A stretch of DNA of 64,000 nucleotides from an uncultured Bacteroidales bacterium (GTDB lineage Bacteria > Bacteroidota > Bacteroidia > Bacteroidales > VadinHA17), in the NCBI GenBank assembly GCA_963730615.1, contig CAVSSR010000004.1:28890-92889 (forward strand), written 5' to 3'. Every line of letters starts with the position of its first letter. Position 1 is the first letter of the stretch. The notes beneath the pieces are model-generated. The model was not told where the DNA came from. It worked only from the letters and a program-made list of their open reading frames with translations, and did no database searches. The position numbers were made by a program, and so were the translations under genes. Of this stretch, positions 41,193 to 52,686 are shown one piece after another.

Positions 41193-42749
41193 ATGCAAGA
41201 TCTATCTCGTTTCCATCGCGGTCAAAAAACTCATACTGCAGGAAGTGGTATGAGGGCACAGCCTGTACTTTTATGCTGACATCATGCTTCTTGTTGATCT
41301 TCCCTATCAGGGTAAAGAGTCCTTCCCTGAGGTAAGCTGCAACGAACGGATGTGTACGGAGCATCAAGCTTGCGGGTCTTCACTTTTTCAAGGATAGACA
41401 CCAGTGTACGTTCTATCTCGTCAGTGAGGAGAATTGTCGATGCCGTTTTACCCCCTCCCCTGCATACGGGGCATTTCTCATCAGTGACGATTGTCATCTC
41501 GGGCCTTACCCTCTGCCGGGTTATCTGCATCAGTCCGAACTTACTCAGTGGCAATATATTATGCTTGGCCCTGTCCTCGCTCATCAGATCCTTCATCTTG
41601 TCAAAGAGAGCCTGCCGGTTTTCATTCGACTGCAGATCGATGAAATCGATTACAATTATTCCGCCCATATCTCTCAGGCGCAGTTGTCGTGCGATTTCTC
41701 TGGCAGCCTCAAGATTTACGGAAAGAGCATTGGATTCCTGGTCACTGCCTGTCTTTGACCTGTTGCCGCTGTTCACGTCCACCACGTGCAGGGCTTCAGT
41801 ATGCTCGATAATCAGGTAGGAACCGCCCTTGAATGAGATGGTGCGGCCGAAGAGCCCCTTGACCTGCCTGCTGATCTGAAAGTGGTCAAAGATCGGGAAC
41901 TGCTCCTTGTAAACCTTAACTATCTTTTCTTTTTCAGGGGCTATTTCCCTGATGTAGCTTTTTACTTCGCCGGCTATGACTTCATCATCCACGATGACGC
42001 TGTTGAAGTCGGCACTGAGAATATCCCTGAGGATTGTCGTTGTACGGTTCATCTCCCCCAGGAGCAGCCGCGGCGATTTCACATCCTTGTGAACAGAATA
42101 GAGAGCTGTCTCCCATCTGCTGACAAGTTCCTTGAGCTCTGTGTCAAGGGCGGCAACCTTCTTTCCTTCGGCGACGGTGCGCACTATCACACCGTAATTC
42201 TTGGGTTTAATGCTCTGTATGAGCAGCTTGAGACGGTTTCGTTCATCGTTGTTCTCTATCTTTGAGGAGACGGAGACCTTATCCGCAAACGGCATCAGCA
42301 CCAGGTTACGACCTGCTATGCTTACTTCTGACGCCAGCCTCGGGCCCTTGGTTGAAATGGGCTCCTTGGTTATCTGCACTATCACTGTCTGCCCTGATGT
42401 CAGGACATCAGATATCTTACCCTCCTTGTCGATGTCAGGCTCAGGCTTGTACTTTGACACAGGCGGCATCTTGCCCCTGTTCTGTGTAGCCTGAGCTATA
42501 ATACTTGTGAAGAGTCCTGAACTGAGCGCCCAGGTCAAGATAGTGAAGGAAGGCATCCTTTTCGAAACCTACATTGATAAACGCTGCGTTCAGCCCCGGC
42601 ATAATCTTCTTTACCTTCCCCAGGTAAATGTCGCCGACAGAGAACTGAATATTGCGTTTTTCCTTATTTAACTCAACAAGCTGCTTATCCTCAAGAAGTG
42701 CAATGGATATCTCAGAATCACTTACGCTGATTATTAGATCCTTACTCAC
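41191..42749 (-). CDS. rne: Ribonuclease E/G family (insertions near 42500 and 41300-41370)
   Basis: 'VGDIYLGKV...LNAAF', 'KEPISTKGPRL', 'VVDVNSG', 'LRDMGGIIVIDFID', 'CPVC.G.G'. Confidence 0.93.
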
Positions 42750-42794
42750 ATTCTGAAATTTGTTGATTTGCGTATAGCCCTTTTAAAAATGCAA

Positions 42795-42826
42795 CTAACC
42801 TAAAGACCTCGAGGTCTTTAGGTTAG
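42795..42826. terminator. Perfect 32-bp palindrome (terminator or processing hairpin) between bS22 and rne
   Basis: CTAACCTAAAGACCTCGAGGTCTTTAGGTTAG is exactly self-complementary. Confidence 0.6.
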
Positions 42827-42856
42827 ATTTAAAAAGTATGGACTATGCATTAATTG

Positions 42857-42949
42857 CTATTTCTTCTTCTTATGCCTGTCTTTCCGCAAACGCTTCTTGC
42901 GTTTGTGGGTAGCCATCTTATGCCGTTTTCTCTTTTTTCCGCTTGGCAT
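42857..42949 (-). CDS. 30S ribosomal protein bS22 (mS38/COX24-like), 30 aa, below the ORF-track cutoff
   Basis: MPSGKKRKRHKMATHKRKKRLRKDRHKKKK*; starts 4 nt after the HU stop. Confidence 0.85.
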   Translation of the reverse strand: MPSGKKRKRHKMATHKRKKRLRKDRHKKKK

Positions 42950-42953
42950 ATTA

Positions 42954-43241
42954 TTACTTCTTAACGTGAGATTTAACCTTGGTTATGAAAGTCTTGGCTG
43001 GTTTGAAGGCCGGAATGTTGTGTGCAGGAATAATAATGGTTGTATTCTTGGAGATATTCCTGGCTGTCTTCTTTGCGCGTTTCTTCACAATAAAGCTGCC
43101 AAAACCCCTGAGATAAACATTATTGCCGGATACCATAGAGTCTTTAACTGATTCCATAAACGCCTCAACGGTTTTCTGAACAGTCACTTTCTCAATTCCA
43201 GTGTTCTTGGCAATTTCGTTAACAATGTCTGCTTTTGTCAT
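42954..43241 (-). CDS. HU/IHF-family DNA-binding protein
   Basis: 'MTKADIV', 'VYLRGFGSF', 'ARNISK...IPAFKP'; TATATTTG at ~43297-43304. Confidence 0.95.
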   Translation of the reverse strand: MTKADIVNEIAKNTGIEKVTVQKTVEAFMESVKDSMVSGNNVYLRGFGSFIVKKRAKKTARNISKNTTIIIPAHNIPAFKPAKTFITKVKSHVKK

Positions 43242-43517
43242 TTTGCAAGAATTTTAAATTCAACAAATTATTTTATGTTCTGTTTTTTCAGTTGTGCAAA
43301 TATAAAATATTATTTCTCAATTATGATTGAATTATATTTTTTTCACTCCGAATACTCTGATTTTTTGACAACTATATAAAATCAGCAGGTAAACAGCATG
43401 TTTTTGCCCCGGGCCTGTGGCAGGGACAGCGGCCTGCGATTGAGCGGCTTTAATACTCTCAACAGATTTTTTTGTAACTTTACATTCTTCATGTAACAAA
43501 ATTATATATTTAAAGAT

Positions 43518-43997
43518 ATGTCATTCAATAAAGTAATATTGGTAGGTAACGTCGGGAAGGACCCGGAGATCAGACGTTTCGAGAATAATATCAAAGCATC
43601 GTTTTCACTTGCCACAAGTGAAACCTATACTCCCAAGGGAGGTGATAAGGTGACACAGACCGAATGGCACAATGTTGTGGCATGGAGACGGCTTGCCGAA
43701 CTTGCCGAGAATTATATCCGCAAAGGTTCGCAGATACTTGTCGAGGGAAAAATTCGCTACCGTTCATACGATGACCGCGATGGCAACAAGAAGTATATTG
43801 TTGAGATTGAGGCAGATACAATACAGCTCCTCGGACGGAAGCAGGACGGCCAGGGCCAGCAGGCTGCTTCATCAGGTCAGCCGATGCAGAACAATTCAGG
43901 CAGTTATTCTGCACCCTCACAGCCTTCAGGACCGTCTGACAACAATGTCAGTGAAGATCTCACTTCACGTGAGACAGCAGATGATCTGCCGTTTTAG
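43518..43997 (+). CDS. ssb: Single-stranded DNA-binding protein
   Basis: 'NKVILVGNVGKDPE', 'TEWH', C-terminal 'DDLPF'. Confidence 0.96.
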   Translation: MSFNKVILVGNVGKDPEIRRFENNIKASFSLATSETYTPKGGDKVTQTEWHNVVAWRRLAELAENYIRKGSQILVEGKIRYRSYDDRDGNKKYIVEIEADTIQLLGRKQDGQGQQAASSGQPMQNNSGSYSAPSQPSGPSDNNVSEDLTSRETADDLPF

Positions 43998-44010
43998 CTA
44001 ACCAAATTCC

Positions 44011-45347
44011 ATGATTTTGGAGACACTATTGTCATGCTCACATCCCGGTTTTTTTTCACTGACGGCTGTCACCGGGGTTGACTTCGCGCTGATAACCGAG
44101 ATCATTTTTCTTATTCTGCTGATAATAGCGTCTGCTTTTATTTCCGGTTCAGAAGTTGCTTATTTCTCACTTACACCAAACGATCTGGAAGATCTCCGGC
44201 ACAGGAAGGGCAAGCGTCCGGCAACCGCCCTGCATCTGCTCTCCAAAGCCTGACAGACTCCTGGGCACCATCCTGGTTGCAAACAACATGCTCAATATCG
44301 CAATCATTATCCTTGCAGCCTTTATCAGTTCAAGGCTTTTCGATCTGAGCAATAGTCCGGTCCTGTCGTTTATCATTGAAGTGGTTGTTATCACTTTCAT
44401 CCTCCTCCTCTTCTGTGAGGTGATGCCAAAGGTGTACGCTTCCAAAAACCAGCTCAGGTTTGCGCTGATAATGGCTCCTTCACTTCCTGTGGCATCAAGG
44501 GTGTTCAAACCTCTTGCTTCACTCCTCTCGGTCTCGTCGCACCTTGTCAGGCACAGCCCAAAGCAGAGAGACGGAAATATCAGCATAAATGATCTCTCAG
44601 ACGCTCTCGAGCTCACCTCTTCAGAGATTAAGGATGACAAGGAAATACTCAAGGGAATTGTCCGGTTCGGAAATATAAACGTCAGTGCGGTCATGTGTCC
44701 GCGCATGGATGTGACAGCGCTGGACATTCGCAGGGGATTCAATTCAATCATGCCGGAGGTGATCGAATCCGGATTCTCCAGGATACCTGTTTACTCCGGC
44801 TCATTTGACAATGTAAAAGGAATACTGTTCATCAAGGACCTGCTGCCGCATCTGGGCAAACCTGACACCTTCAAATGGCAGTCTCTCGTCAGGCCGCCAT
44901 ATGTTGTTCCCGAGACAAAGAAGATCAGTGAGCTGATGAAGGAGTTTCAGGAAAAGAAGATCCACATGGCCATCGTGGTTGATGAATATGGAGGTACCAG
45001 CGGCATAGTAACCCTTGAGGATGTTCTGGAAGAGATAGTCGGGGAGATCACTGATGAGACAGACGAGGAAACCCCTCTCTACAGGGAGACAGGCCAGGGA
45101 AGCTGGATATTCGACGGCAAGATACTGATGAACGACTTTTACCGCATCACCGGCAGCGAAAGTGACCTGTTCGCCGATGTCAGGGGAGACTCGGAGACCC
45201 TTGCGGGATTGCTACTTGAGCTCCTTGAGGAGATCCCTTTGAAAGGCCGTGTAATATCCAGCAGCAGGATTTACATTCACTATTGAAACGGTCGAGAAAA
45301 GGCGGATAAGGGAGATCCGCGCAGAAAAGAAAGGATCCGGTTTATGA
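44011..45347 (+). CDS. gldE: Gliding-associated CNNM/CBS protein GldE (insertions near 44245 and 45260)
   Basis: '[10 protein letters not shown]', '[10 protein letters not shown]', 'FSRIPVY', '[25 protein letters not shown]'; ssb-gldE-gldD order. Confidence 0.88.
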
Positions 45348-45916
45348 AGCAGATAATCCCTATCACACTAATAGTTGCAGCGCTCATGTTGACAGCCTGT
45401 GGCCAGCCTTCCGTGCCAAAACCGGCAGGTTATTTCAGGATTGATCTGCCGGAAAAGCAATACCTCCGCTATGATTCCCCCTGCTCCTATTCGATAGAGT
45501 ATCCTGCTTACGGCAGAATCAACCTCCGGCCGGCAGCAGCCACCGACACCTGCTGGATGGACATTGAATTTCCCACGCTGAAGGCAAAGGTACACCTCAC
45601 ATACTTCAGTCTTCACGGAGACCTTGCCAGTCTGACAGAATCGTCAAGAGAGCTGGCTTACAAGCATACTATCAGGGCGGATGCCATAGAAGAGAAGCTT
45701 TGGTCAGACGACTCATCCCGTGTATATGGAATTCTGTATGATCTTAAGGGTAACACTGCTTCTGCGGTGCAGTTCTACGCCACTGACAGCACGCAACACT
45801 ACCTGCGCGGGTCACTTTATTTCATGGCTCAACCCAATGAAGACTCTCTTTTACCTGTCATCACCTTCCTGAGGGATGATATTATCCACCTGATGGAGAC
45901 ACTCACCTGGAGATAA
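45344..45916 (+). CDS. gldD: Gliding motility lipoprotein GldD
   Basis: Lipobox 'LTAC', 'PKPAGYFRIDLP', 'GNTASAVQFYATDS..HYLRGSLYF'. Confidence 0.93.
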   Translation: MKQIIPITLIVAALMLTACGQPSVPKPAGYFRIDLPEKQYLRYDSPCSYSIEYPAYGRINLRPAAATDTCWMDIEFPTLKAKVHLTYFSLHGDLASLTESSRELAYKHTIRADAIEEKLWSDDSSRVYGILYDLKGNTASAVQFYATDSTQHYLRGSLYFMAQPNEDSLLPVITFLRDDIIHLMETLTWR

Positions 45917-45918
45917 GT

Positions 45919-46564
45919 ATGGGCTGCATCACCAAACACTTTCTGAACAAGGAGACCATTATCGGAGTATGGAAGATCGAGGAAGATCTGCCTACCCTCC
46001 TGTCCATGGTGGAGATGAGTGCCTGAAGACAGGAAAAGATACAAGGTATTCAGGAGCACCTCGCGTAAGCTGGAGTTTCTCAGCGTCAGGGCCCTGCTAG
46101 CCGAGCTGCTGGGAAAGGAAGCAAGGATAGTATATAATAAGAACAACAAGCCATTCATCAAGGACGGTTCGCATTTCATCAGCATAACACACTCCAACAA
46201 GCTTACGGCAATACTGATCAGCAGGAATGAGAGAGTCGGCATTGACCTGGAATATATGCGTGTCAACATAAATGCCTTCTCATCGAAATTCCTTAACAAA
46301 AAGGAAAAGATAACGCGCAGATGGGCTGACCGCACATATCACCTGTATATCCACTGGTGCGCCAAGGAGTCTATATACAAGATATGCGACAAGGAAGGTA
46401 TAAACATTGTTCAGGATATTACGATCGAACCTTTTGATGTTCACCCGAACGGAGAGATAAAAGGGTACGTGAAGAATGAGAGGATCAATGATCAGTTCAC
46501 GCTTTACTACTCGAAATATGACAATTACACAATAGTCTGGACGAAGAAGAAGCATGAAGATTGA
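45919..46564 (+). CDS. 4'-phosphopantetheinyl transferase, Sfp-type (+1 insertion near 46018)
   Basis: 'IGVWKIEE', 'ISITHS', 'VGIDLE', 'WCAKESIYK'. Confidence 0.88.
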
Positions 46565-47295
46565 CATACCTTACAGGAAGAGGAAGGTAGTTGCCCAGCT
46601 TATTGATCCTGACAAATACAGTGATGACACACTGATTGCCACGGCGAGCCGGGCAGCTGAGGTAAAGGTCGATTTCTTTCTTGCCGGGGGCAGTCTTACC
46701 GGCTCGCCTGTCAGTCACCTGATTGCCAGGTTAAAGCAGCTCTCAGACATTCCTGTTGTTCTTTTCCCGGGCAATCTCACCCAGTTAACGGATACTGCAG
46801 ATGCTGTTTTTCTTCTGTCGCTTATCAGCGGCCGCAATCCTGAGTTGCTTATCGGCAATCATGTTATCGCTGCGCCCTTCCTGAGGCATATAAGAGAAAG
46901 TGTCATCGCGGTGGGGTATATCCTGGTCGATTGCGGCGGCCGCACCTCTGTTGAGTACATGAGCCAGACCTCTCCTGTGCCGCGCGACAAGAATGATATT
47001 GCAGTGGCTACGGCCCTTGCCGGAGAGATGCTGGGCATGAAGGCTATTTACCTTGAAGCCGGAAGCGGGGCCGCCACCCCTGTTGATCCTGCCATGATAA
47101 GGGCAGTGAGATCTGAAATAAAAATCCCCCTGATCACCGGCGGGGGACTGAATTCCCCTGAAAAGATCGATGAAGCGTTCTCTGCAGGAGCTGACATGAT
47201 CGTTATCGGAAACGGATGGCGAGCAGAATCCTCTGCTTATCGTTGATGCATGCCTGATACGGGACACTTACAACAGGCGTGAGCTGAGCGTCTGA
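46554..47295 (+). CDS. Geranylgeranylglyceryl-phosphate synthase family, group II (+1 insertion near 47218)
   Basis: 'LIDPDK', 'GGS', 'FPG', 'LSLISGRNPELLIG', 'YLEAGSGA', 'GGG', 'VIGN'. Confidence 0.9.
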
Positions 47296-47315
47296 TCTAG
47301 TTATTTTCCCTGTAA

Positions 47316-48967
47316 CTACCTGAAGAGCTCGTGCAGGGGATCTCCGCTGGATGCATTGGGCAGCGGGATCTTGCACAGGACAGAGAGTGTTCCGGCGATA
47401 TCCCTGGTGCTGACACTACGGGTGACCGATGTCTTGCTGGCAGTCCACCCATACCATATCAGCGGCACATGACTGTCATATTCATACGGTGAATTATGGC
47501 CGGTGACAAAATCCGTCTTTTCCACCCATCCCGGGTTCAGTGCTATCATCACGTCACCGGACCGTTGCGGGCTGTAGTTGTTATTCATCTTCACCAGCAG
47601 ACCCCCGGCAAAATCGCTCATCTCAAAGGCTGATGTCGGCACTGCCGTGGCAATACCGGAGAACTGAACCATGAACCTTGCCACCTTCTTCTGGATATCT
47701 TCAAGACTGATGTTTGCATCTTCAATCAGCCCCCTGTTGAGGAAGATCTGGTTATCGAAGAAACCCTTTACCCAGTCGCCCTGACCATAGATGGCATTGA
47801 GGTAGCTGCGCAGGAGCTGCAGCGACTGGTTAAGCCGGAAGTATCCCGAGGGTATGCGGCTCTTCTCAAGCACCGCCGGTATCTCTGATACGCCGTGTGC
47901 CGAGACAAAGTAAACAAGAACGTTTTTCTTTCCCAGGGTCTTGTCTATCTTATCGAGCAGCTTGCTGATATTCCTGTCAAGTCGTGCCAGGGCATCAGAA
48001 GCTTCGACGGAGGAAGGTCCGAAACGATGCCCGATATAATCGGTGGCAGAATAGGTAATTGCAAGATAAGTCAGTGATATCATCCTGACCCAGCTGTTCG
48101 TTGTCTATAAGGCGGAGGGCAAGCTCAGTGGTAAAATCATCGGCGAAGGGGGTCTGGCGCAGAACAGAATAGTCCCTGGTGACATTCAGCAGCTTTCCTG
48201 TGGTGGAGAGAGCTTTAAGGTCATACGGAAACCAGTTCTGCTTATTCAGGCCCAGCTCCAGTCCGTTCGAATCAGGCTGGCATCCCGGATAGAGTAAAGG
48301 ATCCATCAGGGTATTCCATGACTGGTTCAGGTACTGGCCGGGCATCAGCATGGCATTGAGATCCATGAGCCAGACCGGGAGTTTGTCGGCATAGTAGGTG
48401 CTGGTCATCCAGGTGCCTGTCCGGTCATCATACCAGAATGCTCCGTCGGCGGCATGGCCTGCAGTGAGTATGGCGCCCATCTCCTTGATTCCTATGCCGT
48501 ATATCTTTGAAGCACCGCATGTTGCCATCTGCAGCTCGTCAGCGAAGGTTGAAGAGAGCAGGTTGACCGGAGAGAAGAGCCCGGTCTCAAAACTGCCTCC
48601 CACGGAACTTGCGTTCGGGTCCTGGACACAGAATATCATCTGATCATTAAAGGGGTGAAACCATGTGTCAGAGGTGATGCCGTGCACTGCGGGAGCAGTG
48701 CCGGTCGAGATGGTTGCAAAACCAGGCGCTGCCTGCGTTGAAAGATAATCAAGCGAAACATTACGGTAGTAGGTGCCTTCATTGATCATCCTCTTCAGTC
48801 CGTTGTCAGGCAGGATGTCCCTTATGCGCTCCAGCTGATCATACCGCAGCTGCTCAACAATGATCCCGATGACCAGCTTTGGCTTGTCAGGAGGAATGTA
48901 CGCTGACTGTGCGCTGAGTAAGGCTGAAACAGCTAATGAAATATATAATTATGAGTGTCCTTTTCAT
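47316..48967 (-). CDS. PafA-like alkaline phosphatase family protein with altered catalytic residues (two +1 insertions)
   Basis: 'PKLVIGIIVEQLRYD', 'TQAAPGFATISTG', 'ATDYIGHRFGP', 'RSGD', 'YDSHVPLIWYG'. Confidence 0.8.
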
Positions 48968-49055
48968 AGTCGACTTATATCGAAAGTAAACAAGCCCCAA
49001 AAATACCTGTTTTGGATTTATCTGCAAGAGCGTGCAGGAAAGATATCAACCAGGA

Positions 49056-50779
49056 TCATCCGGATATCAACCGGTTGATTATCACTTTCCCCCGCAAGAG
49101 CGGTCCGTTCGGCAGTTTTCTGACTGATATGATGTAGACGCCCGGGGGCAGGTTGCTGTAGTCACAGATGACAGGGATGCCGGACTGTGCCGTAGTCTGG
49201 TACGTATCAATTACAGACCCTGTTACATTCATGAGATGTGACGATGATATCTCCTTCGATTGATGCAGGAGGCAATACCATGAATCTTCCGGTTGAGGGA
49301 ACAGGATAAATCAGCAGTCCGGATACCGGAGGGTCGGGATAAATCAGGAGGTTCTTCCGGTTCAAGGCTGATATCTGCTGACACCGAGGAATTCCAGCTC
49401 ATTGATTTCATAACTGGCCGAGTATGATTCATAGCCGGGACAGGTGAATGTAAGATTGTATGTCCCGGGAGCCAGGTACCTCCGGAATTCACCGGAAAGA
49501 GTATCGGAGTAGACATGTGATGAATCAGAGTCGTGTCCGGTTATAAATACTTTTGCGCTGAGAGGATTGCCTGATGTGGCATCTGTGACAGTTCCCCCGA
49601 CGCCGTACAAGTGCTTCTTCGATGTAGCGCAGCAGTGACCTGCTGTTCCAGTTCCAGAGCGTTTCGAGGTCAGGGCCCGGGGTTTGTTTTGTTTCATCCA
49701 TCTCGATTGTCACCTCCCTGCCCCCGAGGCTGTATGTGATGAAATCCTGTCTGCCGCCGGTGATGACATACCACACAGAGCCCCTGGTCACGCCGTCATC
49801 GAGAAATGTCATATAGCCGGGATCAGAATATAAATGCACCGTGTCGGCATAGCGCCTGCTGATACCATAGAACCAGCTGTCATCAGCATGAAGCCTGGTC
49901 CATCTGTCCCAGGGATAGTTTACCACTTCAGCTCCAGAATGGAGATTGACAGAGAGAGCAAAGCGGTTTTTCTCCATGAATGATATCATGTCACGTGTCT
50001 CCTTTTGCATGGGAGGCGGGGAGGCTGCTGCCGGATCAGGGAAATTGCGATTCAGGTCATAACCGTTGCTGTTGGATCTTACCGGGTAAATTATTGTATC
50101 ATTGTTCCTGTACATGCCGTCAGGATTTGCCACGGGATTGATCCATATCTCCAGCCCGGAGGTAAGTGCTGCAGCAAGACCGCCGTTGCTGCTTTCTGAA
50201 GCAAGGTATTCAGCCAGTCGCATGAGCATAACAAATCCTGCCAGTTCGTCACCGTGAATGGCATGCGCTCAGCATCACCGCAGGCTCCTGTTCGTCGGCG
50301 GCACGGGTTATCGGATATCTTCAAGCGCCAGAACGGCTCTTCCCATGATGCTGAATCCGATAGTGTCAAGCAGGCATACCTCCGGCCAGGTTTGAGCAAT
50401 CTTATGCATGATAGTATCATACTGCTTCCACGTGGGGTATGTATGCCACTGCATCGCTTCAGCGACGGAAGAAGCGGTGAAAAAGCCTTTTGTCTCTTCA
50501 GGCAGAATTATCTTATAATCTATACCCGTACTGATAAAATCAGGAGCCGTGAGGGGCGAAAGTGTCAGCACGGCCTCCCTGCCGTCGCAGGAAGAGACTG
50601 AAAACCGTGTTGCCAGATCAGACATGGCTGCGAAACCGGGATAATCAATCAGGACTTCCGCCTGGCCAAACCTGCCGATAGCTTCCCTGATGTCACCACC
50701 TCTCCCCTGACCCTGTCCGTTCAGAGTGTTGATATGTCAGAATTATCAGGACTGCAGATATGACAAAAAGGTGTTTCAA
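49056..50779 (-). CDS. M14 zinc carboxypeptidase with carboxypeptidase-regulatory domain and T9SS type-A CTD (many +1 insertions)
   Basis: 'IHGDE', 'NPDG', 'DLNRNFP', 'NLHSG', 'YPW'; CTD 'IYPVPS...LPPGVYII'. Confidence 0.8.
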
Positions 50780-50794
50780 CAGTTTTGTTCTGCG

Positions 50795-51883
50795 TTATAC
50801 GTTAAATCTGATATTAAGTATATCGCCGTCGCCAACCACGTAGTTTTTGCCTTCGATAAAAAGTTTGCCTGCATCCCTGCATGCATGCTCTGACCCAAGA
50901 CTAATAAAATCTTCATATTTCATAACCTCAGCCCTGATAAACCCTCTTTCGAGATCTGAATGGATCACTCCTGCGGCTTGCGGAGCAGTCATGCCGTTAG
51001 TGATGGTCCAGGCTCTTATCTCCTTAGGGCCCACGGTAAAGAAAGTCTGGAGGCTGAGCATTCCGTAGGCTGCTCTTACCAGCTTGTTAACGCCCGGTTC
51101 ACTCAGTCCTGCAGCCAGCAGGAATTCCATCCTGTCAGCAGGGTCAGAAAGAGTTGCAATCTCCGCCTCCAGAGCGCCGGCGATTACAAGGGGCACTGCG
51201 CCCCTGCCTGCAAGGAAGGCTGATACTGCCTCAACATACCTGTTTCCGCCTGCAGCTGATTTTTCATCGACATTGCATACATACAGCACCGGCTTCATTG
51301 TAAGAAGGAAGATGTCATCGACATGCCTCTTCTCTTCAGGCTTCACATGCAGGCTGACTGCGTTCTGAAAGCCCTCGAGGTGCTCTTTGTACCGGTTAAG
51401 TACTTCAATGCCGTGCTTTGCATCCTTGTCGCCTGTTTTGGCAGCACGCTCAAGCCGCTGGAGCTTCTTGTCTATCGATTCAATATCTTTTACCTGAAGC
51501 TCAAACTCCACATTCTCAAGATCCCTGACTGGGTCAACCGTGCCGTCAATATGAGAAAGCTTGTCGTCGTCAAAGCACCTCAGAACATGTATAAGGGCAT
51601 CTGTGTTCCTGATTTCACCGAGGAGCCGGCTGCCGGAGCTGTCACCCTGCCCTTTTACGAGGCCGGGGATATCGACAATGTCAACAGTTGTATGGACGAT
51701 ACGCTGGGTGGGCTGATGCTTTTCGAGCTCATAAAGACGCTGATCAGGCACCTGTATCACGCCCAGGTTGGCTTTCACGCCGGTACCGTAAGTATTTGTT
51801 TCACCACGGGTGTTGGAGATACAGTTGAAAATGGTTGTCTTGCCAACACTGGTGATCCCTATTATTCCGCATTTCAATGGCAT
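50795..51883 (-). CDS. ychF: Redox-regulated ATPase YchF
   Basis: 'GITSVGKTT', 'VDIPGLVKG', 'FFTVGPKEIRAW', 'APQAAGVIHSD', 'FRFNV'-like end. Confidence 0.95.
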   Translation of the reverse strand: MPLKCGIIGITSVGKTTIFNCISNTRGETNTYGTGVKANLGVIQVPDQRLYELEKHQPTQRIVHTTVDIVDIPGLVKGQGDSSGSRLLGEIRNTDALIHVLRCFDDDKLSHIDGTVDPVRDLENVEFELQVKDIESIDKKLQRLERAAKTGDKDAKHGIEVLNRYKEHLEGFQNAVSLHVKPEEKRHVDDIFLLTMKPVLYVCNVDEKSAAGGNRYVEAVSAFLAGRGAVPLVIAGALEAEIATLSDPADRMEFLLAAGLSEPGVNKLVRAAYGMLSLQTFFTVGPKEIRAWTITNGMTAPQAAGVIHSDLERGFIRAEVMKYEDFISLGSEHACRDAGKLFIEGKNYVVGDGDILNIRFNV

Positions 51884-52055
51884 GGGGGTTGTTCTGTTTT
51901 GGTGCAAAGTTATCAAAATCAGGCAAGGGGCGAACGTTAGAAATGATCAGGTGGATCATTTTAGTGAGCAGCCAGTTGCAGCAGAGCGGTATGACCGGTC
52001 AGGTCAGGAACCATGATGCCGCAGCTGTCACTTTTTGCTATTTTTGATATGAGTA

Positions 52056-52082
52056 TTAAACCTTTCCCATATAAAGACATCT
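52056..52082 (+). promoter_or_regulatory. Putative ECF promoter TTAAACCT-N14-CATCT (copy 1)
   Basis: Identical boxes and spacing recur at 52650-52676. Confidence 0.6.
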
Positions 52083-52108
52083 CAGTAATAATTACGCCAC
52101 TGAAGCTG

Positions 52109-52653
52109 ATGGCTCAGATCGCTGAGGACGATATAAAGAAACTATTGCAGACGGATGCCGAAAAAGCCTTCCGGATGATGGTTGACATGTACGGATCAAA
52201 GCTTTACTGGCACATACGCCGTATTGTAATCATTCACGATGACGCTGATGATGCCCTTCAGAACACCTTTATCAATGCCTGGAAAAACCTTGGAGCCTTC
52301 AGGAACGAGAGCTCATTATTGACCTGGCTCTGGTCAATTGCTACAAACGAAGCGCTCACCCTGATCAGAAAGAGAGAGAAGAACAAGGGAGTGTCACTTG
52401 ACGACCTGGACAGCATCTTCTCGAATTCGATTGAAGGTAGCACATATTTTGACGGTGACGAGGCGTCCGCTGAAACTGCAGAATGCAATACTCAGGCTTC
52501 CGGAAAAACAACGTATTGTATTTAATATGAGAGTACTTCGACGACATGAGTTATGAAGAGATGAGCGAGGTGCTCGGCACTTCGGCAGGGGCACTGAAGG
52601 CATCATACCATCATGCAGTAAAAAAAATTGAACATTATATACAGGCTGATTAA
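52109..52653 (+). CDS. ECF sigma-70 factor (two +1 insertions)
   Basis: 'LYWHIRRIV..HDDADDALQNTF', 'GALKASYHHAVKKIE'. Confidence 0.88.
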
Positions 52654-52676
52654 ACCTCTGTACAGCGCAGGCATCT
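52650..52676 (+). promoter_or_regulatory. Putative ECF promoter TTAAACCT-N14-CATCT (copy 2)
   Basis: Overlaps the sigma stop codon; 10 nt before the next ATG. Confidence 0.6.
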
Positions 52677-52686
52677 AAGAATTGTC

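Noticed and set aside
43242-43517. AT-rich gap between hup and ssb as a possible ncRNA or origin
   Set aside because: Explained by divergent promoters; no DnaA-box array, cloverleaf or terminator-bounded unit seen
51323-51940. Long antisense ORFs (e.g. 51323-51940, 56458-57072, 44167-44751, 12321-12878)
   Set aside because: Shadow frames of well-supported genes with no recognisable motifs
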